Counted from the first letter of the stretch, positions 12,898-29,561 are shown. The stretch: 64,000 nt of DNA from Eledone cirrhosa (GCA_964016885.1 OZ024742.1:192138001-192202000), one strand, 5' to 3'. Made by a program: numbers and translations. The notes: generated from the sequence alone by a model not told the origin.

Positions 12898-13429
12898 GTG
12901 TGTGGGGGGGGGGGGGGTTATGTATTTGTATGTCCGTAGCTATGAATTCCTGTTGAATTATTTGATTTCTTCTTGCAAAAGTGCGACGAAGCTACATCGC
13001 CGAAATGTGTATATTGAATGTAAAGAGATACATAATAATCTTTAAAACAAATTGTTGTGTGTATATTCATGATATTATTTTTTCTGTATTTACCATCTTT
13101 TTGCAAATGTTCTTGCAACACTTTTTAGCATATTCCTTTAATAATAACTATGGATACAAATATAAATGCCAGATATGTCTAAAGAAAGTTACATGTTCCC
13201 GTATATACTATGGAAGTTTCAATGTCTCTCCTAAACTATAGAAGTTTACGTGTTCCCCGGTAAACTAAGGATGTATATATGTTCCCATAATCGTTTCTTT
13301 TCTCACTGATTTGGAACGATATGTTCCAAATTTGTTAAAAAACTTAACTCCATAATATATGTTAAATGTTTAATGACAATTTTAAATGAGAATATTTAAC
13401 CAATAGTTTTTGTGAGTTTGAACGCCAGT

Positions 13430-13742
13430 TTGCAGAACGTTGCTGGGCTCACAATCATGAGATTGTGATTTCAATTCATGAACCGGGCAATAACTTGTAT
13501 ATATGAGCAATACACTATATTTTACGTTGCTCCAGTTCACTCAGAAAATAACAAACAAAGAAAAGAGTTGCGACGTCACTGTTGCTAAGCGCTATCGGCA
13601 TTTGTATTTCCCCTGGACAACACCGGTGACGTAGAGAATCGGGACTGCTATGCTTGGCCAACTACTGGTCTTCCACAAAAGCACCTTGAACGGGCTTGTG
13701 CTACGGAGCGGACATTTCTAGGTACAAAATCCATGGTTATTC
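13430..13742 (+). mobile_element. Older tRNA-derived SINE (second family)
   Basis: Degenerate tRNA-like head, then GAGCAATACACT..TTTTACGTTGCTCCAGTTCACTCAG..GAGTTGCGACGTCAC. Related pieces at 22606, 25060, 41150 and 49085. Confidence 0.6.
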
Positions 13743-13781
13743 ATATATATATGTATACACACACACACACACGCACATGCA

Positions 13782-13831
<50 letters not shown>

Positions 13832-13914
13832 CATATATATCGTTTTTTACTCCGGTTTTACGATCTACTATACGGTAGCCGTAAGGAAAATAACTTTGCT
13901 ACCATAAAGTACAT

Positions 13915-14101
13915 AATTGTTTCTACTTTAGGCACAAGGCCAGCAATTACCCAGTGCATTACTGGTACTTTATTTGATCGACCCCGTAAGGATGAAAGGC
14001 AAAGTCAACCTCGGCGGGATTTGAACTCAGATCGTAAAGGGACGTAACTATGCTGGAAAGCATGGCGTCCGACCCTCTACCGATACTACCAATCCACCGC
14101 C
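13915..14101 (-). mobile_element. Main-family SINE, full length with TSD
   Basis: TSD ATAAAGTACATAATT at 13904-13918 and 14102-14116; intact A and B boxes. Confidence 0.92.
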
Positions 14102-14920
14102 ATAAAGTACATAATTTTTCCTAAATAGTAAATGCTTCTTATATATATATGTACAAAATAATATGTGTTTCTCTTTCTCTAATGATATATGGCTATATAC
14201 AAATATCTTTCAATTTGAATTATATACATATATATATGTGTGTGTGTGTAGCAAGGCGGTGTGTCATTGTGGCGGTGATCTAAAGCATGGAAATAATAAA
14301 AGAATATATACTTATATATAGCAATTATCAGTACTAAGGCTTATCTAATATCTAAATATGCTAGGTTTTCGGCAATTGGGAAATCTAGGATTCGACCAGA
14401 CATAGAGTAGACTGTAGAATAATGGGCTACTGGATATCCTCGAAGCTTAATAACTTAATTGAAGAATGAATATGGCGTGTCTTCTTCCGAAATATATTTG
14501 TTTTGTAGATGAATAATTCATATATCTAGAAAATAAATACTATGCAATAACTGTGTAAGACGTACATCGGACGGCTTCCTTGTCATATTTAAATTAGCTT
14601 AATAGAAAACATGATTGTTCTATCTGACTTTCCAACATTTAGAACACAAACACACGCACGTATATACATATGTACACACACACACACATACACGTACACA
14701 CACACACATACACGCACACACACACACACCCGCCCACACACACGCACCCACACACATATATATATATATTTACATATATTTATACATATAAAAATGTATA
14801 TATATACATACATATAAATATATATACATAGATATATACTTACACAGATATATGAATATATATATATATGCATAAACATATATATATAGAGATGTATTTA
14901 TGTATGAATATATATATACA

Positions 14921-14951
<31 letters not shown>

Positions 14952-14959
14952 GCATAAAC

Positions 14960-15069
<110 letters not shown>

Positions 15070-15116
15070 GTATATATATATTCATACATATATACATCTC
15101 TCTCTGTATATATGTT

Positions 15117-15196
<80 letters not shown>

Positions 15197-16839
15197 TTGT
15201 ATGTATATATATATATGATTTAACACATAATATATTAAGATGTGTACATTATTAGGTTTGTATACACAGGACAAATAGTTACGTTAAATAAATAGCAATA
15301 TTCAATTAGATCAATGAAACAGAGAGATAGACAGATAGAGGGAGTAGAGTGGGGTAGGAGGAGAATGAAAAACCAACAAGGAAATGTGTGGGGAGAAATG
15401 AGAGAGAAAATAGCACAGCGACAAAAGTGTTATTTTAAAACTAATGAAATTAGGAATAGGAAAATATATGTATTGGGAAATATAAGAAAATCTCAAATTT
15501 AAGAACGAAAAATAAATTGAAAGCAATTTTAGATAGAATACAAATACAATACAACAGTAAAAAAAAAATGGTAACTGTAAATATCACAAGGTCAAAACAA
15601 AAGAATCTAGCGTGTGAACGTGAATGGCCACCATTTTGAAGCTGGCGCCATTGTCAGCTAACGTTCGAAACAAAACATTTTAAGGTGCGAATACTTGCTC
15701 CCACGTTCATTCAATGTAATAAGACACAATATGATATATATATACTTCTTGAAATTCTTCTGATTTCTCTGCCATCGCTAATGCTAATATCCACCATCAC
15801 TACCATCATCGTCATCATCAACAATGTGGTTGGTATCGACGCTGTGATACTACTAGTAATCATTTTACCATCAACACACTAACATGCCCATAGACCAGCA
15901 TCTACTTTTTTCCCATTAGTTTTGGCTCTCCAGTATAACTTTGGCCTTAATTGGGTTCCGCTAAGAAATTGTAGTATTCCCCGAGATAAGATGTCCTTTA
16001 ATAAAATTTCATATAAATTTAGTAAAGAAAAACAATTCATCACCAAGAATTGAAATACAACATCAATACTAACAAGTAAATAGAAAACCAATACTTAACA
16101 AAACCAACAACACCAACGAAACCAACTACACCAACATCGCCAACAAAAACAACTAATAAATGTTAACAGCAACAGTTAAAATAAAATAGCAACAAAATAG
16201 CAACAGGTAAGAAGAGAATCAATACTACCGCAACTAACTCAACAACATCACTGCAACAGTCACCAAGAAAAATAGTAAAAGATACATCAACAACAACAAT
16301 AAGAACCAAAACAACAACGGCAACAACACTAACATCAGCATCGTAAACATTACGACCAACATCATTAACGACATTTACATGACACTCTCCACAGCTATAC
16401 CACCACCAGCACAACCAGCACCAACAGCACCACCAGCGCCACCAACATCAATAACAGCATTTAGATGAGTCTGCACAACGATACCAGTACCACCAACAGC
16501 AGCAATTCCACCACCAGCCCCACCAGCACCACCAACATCAATGATACCACCACCACCACCAACAACAACAACAGCAATGCCACCAACATCGATACCACCA
16601 CCAAGAACAACAACAATACCATAATTAACAACGATATCACCGCCACTAACAACAACAACAAAAACAACAACAACCGTTATATGATACTCTCAGCAACAGG
16701 TCGATTTTTTCCTCTTTTCTACCGTAAGATATAATAATCGATATTATCTGATAACATTTCTGATCATTCAATTAAAAGGTGATCGAAGCTTCGAGAATAT
16801 TTTGTAGACGTATGGTTCATTTAATGTGAGATTAAATAG

Positions 16840-17520
16840 TGTGTGGTGTGGGAGGTTGTGGTGAAAACTGAATTATTGGACTTGTGGAATGAGACTGGGT
16901 TAGGTGACTAGAAGATTTAAATGGTGTGTTAGTGGAAGATGTAGCTTACTGGATGGTGGAAATGGTGGGGGTGAGGTTGATTTGAGGGATTGGATGATAT
17001 AAATGGTGTGTGGAGGTTAATGTCGGTGATTGGATGGTCATTGATGGTGTGTTGAGGTTGGTGTGCGTGATTGGACAATGGGAATGATAGTGTGAGGTTG
17101 ATGTCGGTGACAGGATTGTCGTTGATGGTGTTTTGGGTGTTAATGTGAGTTTCTGGGTGATGTAAATAGTGTGTTGGGAGTTGGTGTGCGCGACTGGATG
17201 GTGGAAATAATGGGGGTGAGGTTGATGTAGGTGATTGGATAATTTAAATGGTGTGTGGATGGTCGTAAATGATGTGTTGGGGGTTGATGTTGAAGACCGG
17301 ATGATGGAAATTGTGGTGATGAGATTGATGTGGGGACTGGATGGTGAACATGGTGGAGTGAAGTTGATGTGGGTGACAGGATTGCCGTTGATGGTGTTTT
17401 GGGGGTTCGTCTGGATTACTAGGTGATGGAAATGGTGGAATGACGTTGATGTGGGTAACTGGATTGTGTAAATAGTGTGTTAGGGTTTATCTGCTTGACT
17501 GGATGGTCGTTGATGGTATC
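16840..17520. repeat. Degenerate G/T-rich minisatellite (unit roughly 40 bp)
   Basis: Recurring GACTGGATGGTGGAAATGGTGGGGTGAGGTTGATGT-like units. Confidence 0.6.
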
Positions 17521-17691
17521 AGAAAGAACTTTGGGTTTGGTGACTGCTGTTTGATGGTAAATTACTATACATAGGTAATGGAGATCGCGTGGTGGAAGAT
17601 TGTAGAGGGAAAATGGAGGGATTTAATGGATAAAGGTTCTTGTGGAAGATGATTAGAGGAAGATGAGATGAGGGTGAATACATTGTTTTTG

Positions 17692-17722
<31 letters not shown>

Positions 17723-17928
17723 CATAAAACATGCCTATAGAATCACCAGATAAAATATATACCGTTTCGCCTCCCAATATATATGTAAACCTTTATATAT
17801 ATATATATATACACGTGTGTGTGTGTGTGTGTGTGTTAGGTAATAACATGTGCTTGACTAAATAAAATTAGTCTGTTAATTGGGATTTAAAAAATCTTCT
17901 GAATGGAAAAAAGGATGAGTATTGACGT

Positions 17929-18751
17929 TCACAGTAGTCAAATCTTGGATCTTCAGCAAAGCGGGAAGATTTAACTATCTGCAAATCTCCGAGTGACCCA
18001 TCGCACGTGTTGCAATTCTAAAACTACTAACAACATGCTAGCGTCATCCCATGGGCGTGAATAGGGTGATCGACAGCTATAAATAGCAGCCGAGTCCTTT
18101 CAACTGATTTTGCTCTACAATTAAGGAGCCGTTTAGATATCTAAAATTAATTTAGCTAGATTAAAATAATTTAATTAAAATATTTGCATCTACCTAGCTA
18201 TGTGTGATTACACACTTTACAAATTATCCCCTGTGATTGTTTCATGTGTTTATTTTAAATATATATTTATATGTCAATCAATTTCTAGTTGATATAAAAT
18301 GCTCGGATCTATTCATTGGAATCTTTGAGACCCTTAATTTTTCCAATGAATAGATCCGAGCATTTTATATCAACTAGAAATTGATTGACATATATATATA
18401 TATATTTAAAATAAACACATGAAACAATCACAGGGGATAATTTGTAAAGTGTGTAATCACACATAGCTAGGTAGATGCAAATCTTTTAATTAAATTATTT
18501 TAATCTAATTAAATTAATTTTAGATATATAAACGGCTCCTTAATTGTAGAGCTAAGTCAGTTGAAAGGACTCGGCTGCTATTTATAGCTGTCGATCACCC
18601 TATTCACGCCAATGGGATGACGCTAGCATGTTGTTAGTAGTTTTAGAATTGCAACACGTGCGATGGGTCACTCGCAGATTTGCATTTGATGTGTAAACAC
18701 AGATAGTTATATCTCCCCCCTTGCTGAAGATCTAAGATTTGACTACTGTGA
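17929..18751. repeat. Long inverted repeat, ~390-410-bp arms with a 19-bp spacer
   Basis: 17929-18321 is the reverse complement of 18341-18751 with few mismatches and small indels. A third, direct copy of 18190-18298 lies at about 18860-18959. Confidence 0.92.
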
Positions 18752-18958
18752 CTTTACTGATTAATGGTGAAATATATTTCTTTAATGAAATATATACAAG
18801 GAGGATTAATAATTTTTTATAAAGGTAATATTTGAAGCTCGAGTTAAACTTTAATTAGTTACCTACCTATGTGTGATTACACACTTTACAAATTATCCTC
18901 TGTGATTGTTTCATGTGTTTATTTAAAATATATGTCAATCAATTTTTAGTTGTTATAA

Positions 18959-19077
<119 letters not shown>

Positions 19078-19653
19078 CAGATAGAGAGGGAAAGAGAATA
19101 TTAAAGTATTAAAAATGTAAAATTTGTAAGTAGATGTTAAAATAAGTATAATTGTAATAGCGGAAGTATATGCGTGCGGGATTATATGCGAATGTGTTTG
19201 TAGATGCGGATAGATGTAGATGTGTTAGTGTCAGAATTAGTTATTCTATATTTAAGTGTCTACACCTGGAGATAAACCAGAAGTGATAGGTGTGTCTACG
19301 TAACACACTTTCTATTTCCGCATAAGTATTTCTCGTTCGTCTATGTCTCTGTATGTGTGTGCAAAGACGAGTACATGCGTTTGTTTGTATGTTGTGTAAG
19401 TGTGAATTTATTTTCTTCAACTTTAAGTTTGTGTGTTTGTATGCGTGGGTGTGTGCGTGTTTGCGTGTGTATGAATGCAGTGTGTGTGTGTGTGTGTGTG
19501 TATGTGAATGCATATGCATCTTGTAATGTGATATTTCTTTAATGTGTGTACATATTGAGTGTATAATTAGATATGAGGAGTAACGCATGTAAACTAGGTG
19601 TTGAAATACACAAATAAAACTGGATTGAGATATCTACCCAACCACACCCTAGA

Positions 19654-19717
<64 letters not shown>

Positions 19718-20384
19718 ATGCGTCTGTGTGTGTGTGTGTATATGTGTGTGCGTATGTTATATACATATATATCTATATATGCATACATATATCTAGACGC
19801 AGTAATGTTATAGCCTTGTATCATATACGTGATGCATTGATAAACCATTATCTGATAATAGAAATTCTTAAAATGACCCCATATTAAGGAGTAACATTCA
19901 CTATTGCATGGGTACCTCTATACAGTATCTACACTAACACTACCAATGAAAGCAATTAACCACACCTTCATTTCCTCGTGAATCCCTAGAATTTCACCTT
20001 TATGTCTACTCACCATATCTGAAACCGGTGATGACATCGTTACTATTCTGAGTCTTACACTACATACATATATCTACGTCTATATCCAAACTAATTCTCC
20101 ATAATCCTTTTTGAAATTACAATTTTACCTATTAACATACTGTAATGATATAGAAAGGAAATTCATAAAAACAGATGTATTAATTCAAATGGATTTTAGT
20201 ACTTCACTATTCCTCCTGATTTTCCCCCTGCTGAAACACCCCTGCGCACCATTTGACTTGGCAGAGTTTAATGAGAAAGGACAGCGATGTGTTCAGCTCT
20301 GGCGGAACCACATCTAGCCAAGCTTTGTAGGTGACACTCTTGTGGACACTATAAGAAGAACAAAAAATGTTACTATTAGCCAAA

Positions 20385-21075
20385 TCCTCGTGAAAATTTA
20401 AAGTAATCTAAAGTAAATATGTATTTTCTTATTTATTGCTATCAAAGTGCTTTTCAAGAATGTCTTGCTAGTATGGTTTTATAGAAACTATATTAGTGGC
20501 AACATCTTTGTGAATATTTGCACTATTAGTGTAAAGACTTTAATTTTTAAGAATGTTTCCTTAAGTGGTTGCATAAAGCACAAGGCGTTTAATGTTAACC
20601 GTTCACATTCTGTAATTATCTAGCCGACCATATCTAAAAACACGTTTGTTAATTTAAAGGTTTATATTACCTTTCACGTCTTGTAATTACCTAGCCGACC
20701 ATATATAAAAACATGTTTGTTAATTAGAGGTTTATATTAGCTTTGTGAAAATTTGAAGAATTAGTGAAAGGTCTTTCTCTTTGAATATGATGTTTGTATA
20801 GAGTTGTCTTTTACTTTTCAAGAATGTTTTGCTAGTGTGGTTTTGTATGACCCAAGGCGTTAAGTATTAAATTTTTACATCCTGTAATCATATAGCAGAA
20901 AATACATATATAACAAAGAGGTTTGTTATTTCAAAGGTCTATATTATTATCTTTACTCTTTGAGAGATTTTTTGTGAAAATTTGAAGCATTAGCGAAATA
21001 TCTTTCATTTTAATGTGATGACGTAACAGTGATGATTTGTCTTCTTCAAGAATGTTTTGCTAATGTGGATTCATG
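20385..21075. repeat. Old degenerate tandem repeat (~230-270-bp units)
   Basis: Recurring TCAAGAATGTTTTGCTAGTGTGG, GTGAAAATTTGAAG and TGTAATTA.CTAGCCGACCATAT blocks. Confidence 0.6.
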
Positions 21076-22102
21076 TGGTTTAATGCTTTTGTCATCTAAG
21101 ATTTGTAAAAATGTGCAGTATTAATTAATATAAAGATATCCATTTTTGAATTGGTATCATTATAGTGGTGTCTTGCAGTTTTGAGCGGTACATGACGTAA
21201 AAAGATAAAAGTAAGCTTTAAAAAAAATAGAAAACCGCAGCGTGTCATTCAAATATGTTATGGTCCAAGCCATATAAAGGGGCGAATACATCAACACGAA
21301 GGATGACAAAGAAAATTAGCTGAAAGAGCCAATCCATCTCGAATAATGTTAGTTGAGAGTGGGATCGTCATGCCACGAATGCCAGATGCTTCCACCCTAA
21401 TCCATATATCTGTCCAATATATTCTACAGGTTACATAACCTTCAAATCTATTCTATACCTATATCCATCTTTCAAAGTCTTCACATATATACAGAAACAC
21501 ACATACACATACATTGTGAGTTTTTAAAGGAGTGTGTATGCCTGCTGACATGTATGTTTGTACGTGTGTGTTTGTGTGTTTGTGTGTGTGCGTGTGTGTG
21601 TGAATACATATATTTATTTACGTGTTAATGTACGTACGTATATAGATACATCAGGTAACATATATATATACAGTAGAAAGTCCTTCTCTGTCAGACTGAG
21701 CTGAGATTAATTATATAGGTATTCCGTTCTTTTCTCAGATTGCTAAATTAAAGGAAATGGTTACTTGTGTATGTCTGTGTGTGTATCTATGAGTGTCGGC
21801 GTGTGCTTGTGTGCATCTAATTTACGCAACTTCCATTAAAATTGGGTGGAAATATCACACATAAAAACCATGTGATACGAAACCTGTAGCCAGATGACGT
21901 ACATCGCCTCATACCAGTAATTGGTGTAGGTTGGCTGTTGTTACCCTGGAGATGGTTTTGAAGGGCGTAATTGGTTTTTACTTTATGTCTAATGTGGTAT
22001 GTATCTGGTGGGTGGTGTTGAGTGTAAATTTAAGCGTTGGCTTGAATTCGTAGGTAGGTCTGTTTTGGTGTAGATTTCTTTGTATGCAGGTTACGGCGTT
22101 AC

Positions 22103-22380
<278 letters not shown>

Positions 22381-22414
22381 TATATATATATATATATACG
22401 TAATATATATATAT

Positions 22415-22475
<61 letters not shown>

Positions 22476-22605
22476 ATGTGTGTGTGTGTGTGTGCGTGTG
22501 TGTGTGTGCGTGCGTGCGTGTGTGTGTGTGTGTGCGTTCGTGTGCGTGCGTGTGTGTGTTTGTGTATGTCTGTGTGTTTGTGTATGTGTGTGTGTGTGTG
22601 TGTGA

Positions 22606-22750
22606 AGGCGCCTGTCTTAATGGTTAGAGCACTGGGCTTGCAATCGGTAGATTGTGCGTTTGATTCTCGGGTGGTGCCTTGTGTCCTTGAACAAGAGACT
22701 TTAGTTCCTGATTCTCCGATTTAGTCAGCTGTAGAAATGAGTGGCGTGCA
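22606..22750 (+). mobile_element. tRNA-derived SINE fragment (second family)
   Basis: TAATGGTTAGAGCACTGGGCTTGCAATC..GTTTGATTC tRNA-like head followed by GTGTCCTTGAACAAGAGACTT..CAGCTGTAGAAATGAGT. Confidence 0.65.
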
Positions 22751-22816
22751 ATCTATATATATATATATATTTATATATGTTTGTACATCTTTATATATTT
22801 ATATATGTTTGTATAT

Positions 22817-22871
<55 letters not shown>

Positions 22872-23335
22872 CAGTTTTACCTCGGTGAGATTTGAACGCA
22901 TAGCGCTCCATTTGCGGTTGATAAACACGTACCAGACTACAGTTGGCATGACACTCTGTTCTTCCAGCATCCACATCCAGGTTGCTCCACCGAATCAAAG
23001 CAGTGGGGCTCGGGAATGTGTCTGTGTCATCTCTCGACTGCGGTGTGAATCGAAAATCCTTAGTGAAAGCATAGTGCGAACTACAAAGTCATACTCGATT
23101 GCGCGTGACAGCTGCGTTTATACACACGCACGCACACAAACACAGACACATCATAAATACACATATATAGAAGAGTGGGAGATAGATAGATAGGTATAAT
23201 CTACACATATATGTACTCACGGACGTGTATAATCAAGTATACATGAATGCAACCATAATACTATCCATGCATGGAACAAGGATGATAATGTGTTACACAT
23301 GATATTACATTACTTCAGTAATGCATGAATAGGTA

Positions 23336-23503
<168 letters not shown>

Positions 23504-23550
23504 ATGTATATATATGTATCTATATATGTGTGTGTGTATATGTGTATTAC

Positions 23551-23598
<48 letters not shown>

Positions 23599-23618
23599 AT
23601 GCTCATCCGTTTATGCAC

Positions 23619-23705
<87 letters not shown>

Positions 23706-24729
23706 TGTGCATAAACGGATGAGCTTGTGAGTATCTGTCTATTTAAATTATATAGACATGCTGTAGATATCAACCGTTAGGTAGGTGCTACGTTAGTCTT
23801 TCATCATGTATTGGAATGATTTTAATTTTCACGGTTCAAATTGTAATTTGTATAAGTAGCTTTTATCTCTCTATTTACATTTATTACTATACGATTTGTA
23901 CAAAGTTTCACATGTTTTTGTGTAATGGATCGTTTGTCTTAGGAAATTGCATAACGGATATGTGTCTTGAAGTGAAAGAAAAGAAATATGATCCCGTATT
24001 TCATATAAGACGGTGTAATGCATTAGACGCACCCCAATTGAGAAGGTAACATGAAAAAAGAAAATATATAAGTGCCTCATAGCAAATTAATTTACACCAC
24101 TGAAACTTAACAATATCTTAGCTTGAAATCCTTACTAATCATTGCCAGCTCATGACGGAAGACTAAATTTAATTTAAATATATGTAATGTTGGATACCGA
24201 AATAGGTTAGATTTGATATATAGGTAGGGTAAATCATATGATACGCCTGGTGCTCACTGCTGAATATCTTATTTTAGCTTGGAACCTTCACTCCAAAACT
24301 TATAATCCCATCACTGAATTTCAGCTTGTAGGACGTTGTGTACGTTTTGTTGACATTTCATAGAAGCAAAATGGGTCGTATATGCCGTCAAATAAAATAA
24401 TTAATAGTATCAGACTGTGTTGACTTCATTGTTTTGACAAACCAACAGAGGTGACATAATAATAATCCAGGGTACGTTCCCAGAAGTCTGCCATAACGCT
24501 ATCTATTTTATTAACAACTATTGCACTGCAAACCATTTTAACACGGTTATGCTTATTCATTGAAAACCTTAAGTTGGAAATACTCTTTATGCACCTTAAT
24601 GACATAGTATGCCTCCCATATCTGGGAGTCAAAACAACCACCACATTATCATGGTGACCTTTAACACCCTAACCACTAGGTACCGCATCTTCACCGCAAT
24701 GGCTTCACACCGAAATTCAACATCATTAT

Positions 24730-25270
24730 TAAAGTTAAAACCTGTCTCGAGCACAGAGGCTCGTCATGCATTCATCGGCAGAAGTGACAAAGAATACAAG
24801 ACTGCCCGCTACAGGACATCTGTCCATTAAGAGTTAAAAAATCTCTCAAGCCCTTAATTTATCCTGATTTCATTGGTGTTATGTGACTAAAATGAAAGAC
24901 TACGTTATAAATAGGACAACAGTCCATCACATAGTTAAAATCGGTCTCAAGTCTGGATTTATCCTGATTTCGTTGGTGCTTAAATACAAGACTATATCCT
25001 GGACAGGACATCTCTTTGTCACAGAGTTAAATCTGTTTCAAACCTAGAGTTTTATGAAAGCTAAGCTTATCTAGGTTTAATTGGCGTTAAGCGACTAAGA
25101 CTATAGGAATCACACTAGACCCACCCCAATCTGTCGTACCGTTACTCCTGTGCTGCTGTGGAAACCCATTTTCTGAGTTTAGTGGTATAGAACAACGTAA
25201 AGTAATGTGTCTGGTTCAAGGACACGTGTGAGCTTACGATCATGAGACATATACTTTAACCACTAGTCCA
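24730..25270 (-). mobile_element. Second-family SINE with its 3' region tandemly amplified (~100-bp unit, about 4 copies)
   Basis: GTTAAA anchors at about 24734, 24833, 24933 and 25026. The unit resembles the 41170-41250 SINE tail; the head portion is at about 25150-25270. Confidence 0.55.
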
Positions 25271-26855
25271 CACACTCACACACATACTTTCACAACGTGA
25301 CGATTGCGGGAACGTGTTTATACTAAGAACTGATAAACGTTCACCCCTACCTTCTTGTACCTGACAGCCTTAGTCAATAGTATTTTCATCGATTAATGGC
25401 AAGATAATTAATCAAAGAAAATTAGCCAGACACTGTATCCACTACTCAATTCATTATACCAAATATCTTTGTATCGGTTAGCTTTTAATTCCAATAACTT
25501 TTATTCTGAAGAAGTCATTTTTTTTCTTACGATGTTTTCTTTTGTGCATCTTTCGTTTTTTACTTTTTTTATGTCTGCGATAAAACGTGTTCTTTCTCAT
25601 CAAAATATCACCTGCATAGAAAATATTGAAAATGAATTTGGTAAAAAATAAAATAAAACAAAAATAAAAAGCTTTTGAAAAATGAAAAAGAAATTGCTAC
25701 CTGAATCGTAATCAAAAGTCTTTTGTGTAAGTAACAAAGATCGCATAGCTACTTGGAACACAGAGAAACCAGGGTCGCTGACTGTAATCAAAGCTGAGAT
25801 ATATGTAACGCAATATCAGTGAGTGTTGTGATGTATATGGATTTCAAATGAAACGCTGCTAGATAGACGATAGGTAATGGGAAGATTTCAATAGCTTTTA
25901 TCTCAATAATATCTATTCGGCTTTTACGTTAGAAAAAAAATAATGAATGAAATATGAAATTCATATTGTTGAAATATCACCTCCAACACAGACCTACCCA
26001 CATGCAAAGATAGATACACACACAGAGACACAAACACATACACATATCTGTTTTTAGAGAGGAATATTGCAACGACAAAAAATTGAATGAATAGATAAAA
26101 GTATGTCTAGATAGGATAATGCATATTGCAAATACCTATACGGTAAGGTTGAAAGAAATAGGTAACATAGTACTGATGGTGATGGTGGAGGTGGTGGTGG
26201 ATGTGGTTGTGGTGATAATGGTGGTGGTGGTGGTACTGGTTGAGGTGGTGGTGGTTGTGGTGGTGGCTGTAGTGGTGGTGGTGGTGGCTGTGATTGTGGT
26301 GATGGTAATGGTGGTGGTGGTGGTGGTTGTGGTGGTGGTTGTAGTGGTGGTGGTGGTCGTCGTGGTTGTGGGTGTGGTGGTGGCTGTGGTGGCTGTAGTG
26401 GTGGTGGCTGTGGTGGTGGTGGTGGTGGTGATGGCTGCGGTGGTTGCTGTTGGTAATTGCTGCGGTGGTGGTGGCAGTGGTGGTAGTGGTAGTGGTAGTT
26501 GAGGTGGTAATCGTAATGAGGGAATTAAACATAAACGAACCAAAATAAACAAAAGGTACAGAAAAAGACAGAAAACCAGAAAAGAAAATGAAACTTTGTA
26601 TTAATGAATTAAGATAAGATGAGAGCGAGAAGGAAAGAGGAAAGGGAAAGAAAGAAAAAAGAAAGGAGGAACAGAGATAAAACGTAAGGAAGACGAGAGG
26701 AAGACGTCATAGACATTTTTTGTTCATTAGAAATCACAATTAAAAAGTATCTGTGGATATATATATTGAATATATGTATACGTGTGTGCGTGTATATATT
26801 CGTATATATATATTCGTATATATATATATATATATATATTCGTATATATATATTC

Positions 26856-26941
<86 letters not shown>

Positions 26942-26975
26942 ATACATGTATATATGAATATATATATATATATCC

Positions 26976-27033
<58 letters not shown>

Positions 27034-27106
27034 TCATATGTATATATATATATACATATGTATGTGTGCGAATAAAAGAATGGTATTTTTAGATATTAAC
27101 AAAATA

Positions 27107-27750
<644 letters not shown>

Positions 27751-27754
<4 letters not shown>

Positions 27755-27896
27755 CGAAGGAAATGTGGTAAGGAACCAGGTGGACCATAACGCACCAAAG
27801 TACTCAATACTTGAGGTAGTATTAGCCGTCCAGAATATTGAGTCCAGAATTAGCCGTCGAAACGGCTTGAGCTCAGCTGTCGGGGTCTTACTGGTT

Positions 27897-27901
<5 letters not shown>
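27751..27901. mobile_element. PLE-LTR-like family 3 fragment with internally inverted halves
   Basis: Near-identical to 22251-22380. Retains GAAACGGCTTGAGCTCAGCTGTC-GGGG, a hammerhead stem III with GUC. Confidence 0.7.
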
Positions 27902-27950
<49 letters not shown>

Positions 27951-28266
27951 GTGGTAATGGTGGTGGTGGTTGTGCTGATGGCTGTAGTGTTGGTGATGGT
28001 GGTGGTGGCTGTGATTGTGGTGATGGTAGTGGTGGTGGTGGTTGTGGTGGTGGCTGTGGTGGTTGTGGTGGTGGTGGTGGCTGTGGTGGTGGTGATGGCT
28101 GCGGCGGTTGCTGTTGGTAATTGCTGCGGTGGTGGTGGCAGTGGTGGTAGTGGTGGTGGTAGTTGAGGTGGTAATCGTAATGAGGGAATTAAACATAAAC
28201 GAACCAAAATAAACAAAAGCTACAATTCTGGCAATATCATTACACAAATATGACCCTCCCCAAGTA

Positions 28267-28307
<41 letters not shown>

Positions 28308-28690
28308 TAAAGTACTTACGGTAAATATTGATGCAATTCAATTCAAGCACTCAACGAAATTTTTTCCACATAGGAATGACGTATAATATTTATTATCAGA
28401 AAATGCGAAGTAGTTTCAGATATTAAAGTCATTTAATGATAAGGCTGTAATAAATATTTCAATGACGACAGTGGTCACGCGATCCCTCGTACCCAGTGCC
28501 CTGATCTCATCAAACAGCTTCTTACATAATAAGGTTATGTTCCCTAGGCAATCCATATTAAAACGACAAGGGAACGGATAAAGATGATGTTGTTGAAGCC
28601 TTCATCCGTTCATTGAAATGTGTATCACAACTTTATCAATAAACGACTTTAACATCTGAAACTACGTCGCATTTCCTTATTCTACATATT

Positions 28691-28868
28691 AATTGTTTCT
28701 ACTTTAGGCACAAGGCCAGCAACTACCCAGTACATTACTGGTACTTTATTTTATCGACCCCGTAAGGATGAAAGGCAAAGTTAACCTCGGCGGGATTTGA
28801 ACTCAGACTGTAAAGGGACGTAACTATGCTAGAAAGCATGGCGTCCAACCCTCTACCGATACTGCCAA
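28691..28868 (-). mobile_element. Main-family SINE
   Basis: Reverse complement of the family consensus with A and B boxes. Confidence 0.9.
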
Positions 28869-28905
28869 ATATATATATATATATACATATTAATTTATAC
28901 ACAAA

Positions 28906-28956
<51 letters not shown>

Positions 28957-28979
28957 TATATTAATATATTAATTTTTAC

Positions 28980-29016
<37 letters not shown>

Positions 29017-29031
29017 TTTGTGTATAAATTA

Positions 29032-29099
<68 letters not shown>

Positions 29100-29159
29100 T
29101 ATATTAATATATTAATATATTAATTTTTACATATATATATATATATATTTGTGTATAGA

Positions 29160-29245
<86 letters not shown>

Positions 29246-29378
29246 TAATATATTAATTTTTACATATATATATATATATATTAAAGTGTTAAACAATATT
29301 GAATGAGTATGTCAAAGAATGAGTTTTACAGTAGATTGGAAGCACTCTACGATAAAAAATAATATTCCGGAGTTATTA

Positions 29379-29561
29379 ATATTAAAATATAAATATTAAT
29401 AAAATAGATGTTCTTTTGATCAATTACAGTTTATTATACATATTTCGGATGTACAACAGTACGTCCTCATTTTCTCTGATGAGGACGTACTGTTGTACAT
29501 CCGAAATATTTTTAATAAAATGTAATTGATCAAAAGAACATCTATTTTATTAATATTTATA

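Noticed and set aside
15600-15665. YY1-like CCATTTTG motif in a GC-richer patch (similar at about 33376 and 47895)
   Set aside because: Short motifs expected by chance; no supporting promoter or exon context.
21845-21895. Further hammerhead-like remnants (also about 14460, 39205, 48410, 50455, 63940)
   Set aside because: Only a hairpin plus GAAA or a partial core is visible; too degenerate, or cut by the window edge, to call.
26107-26552. His/Thr/Val-rich ORFs (also 16465-16734, 53991-54308, 59171-60745)
   Set aside because: Trinucleotide low-complexity DNA open in multiple frames; no evidence of mucin-like exons.
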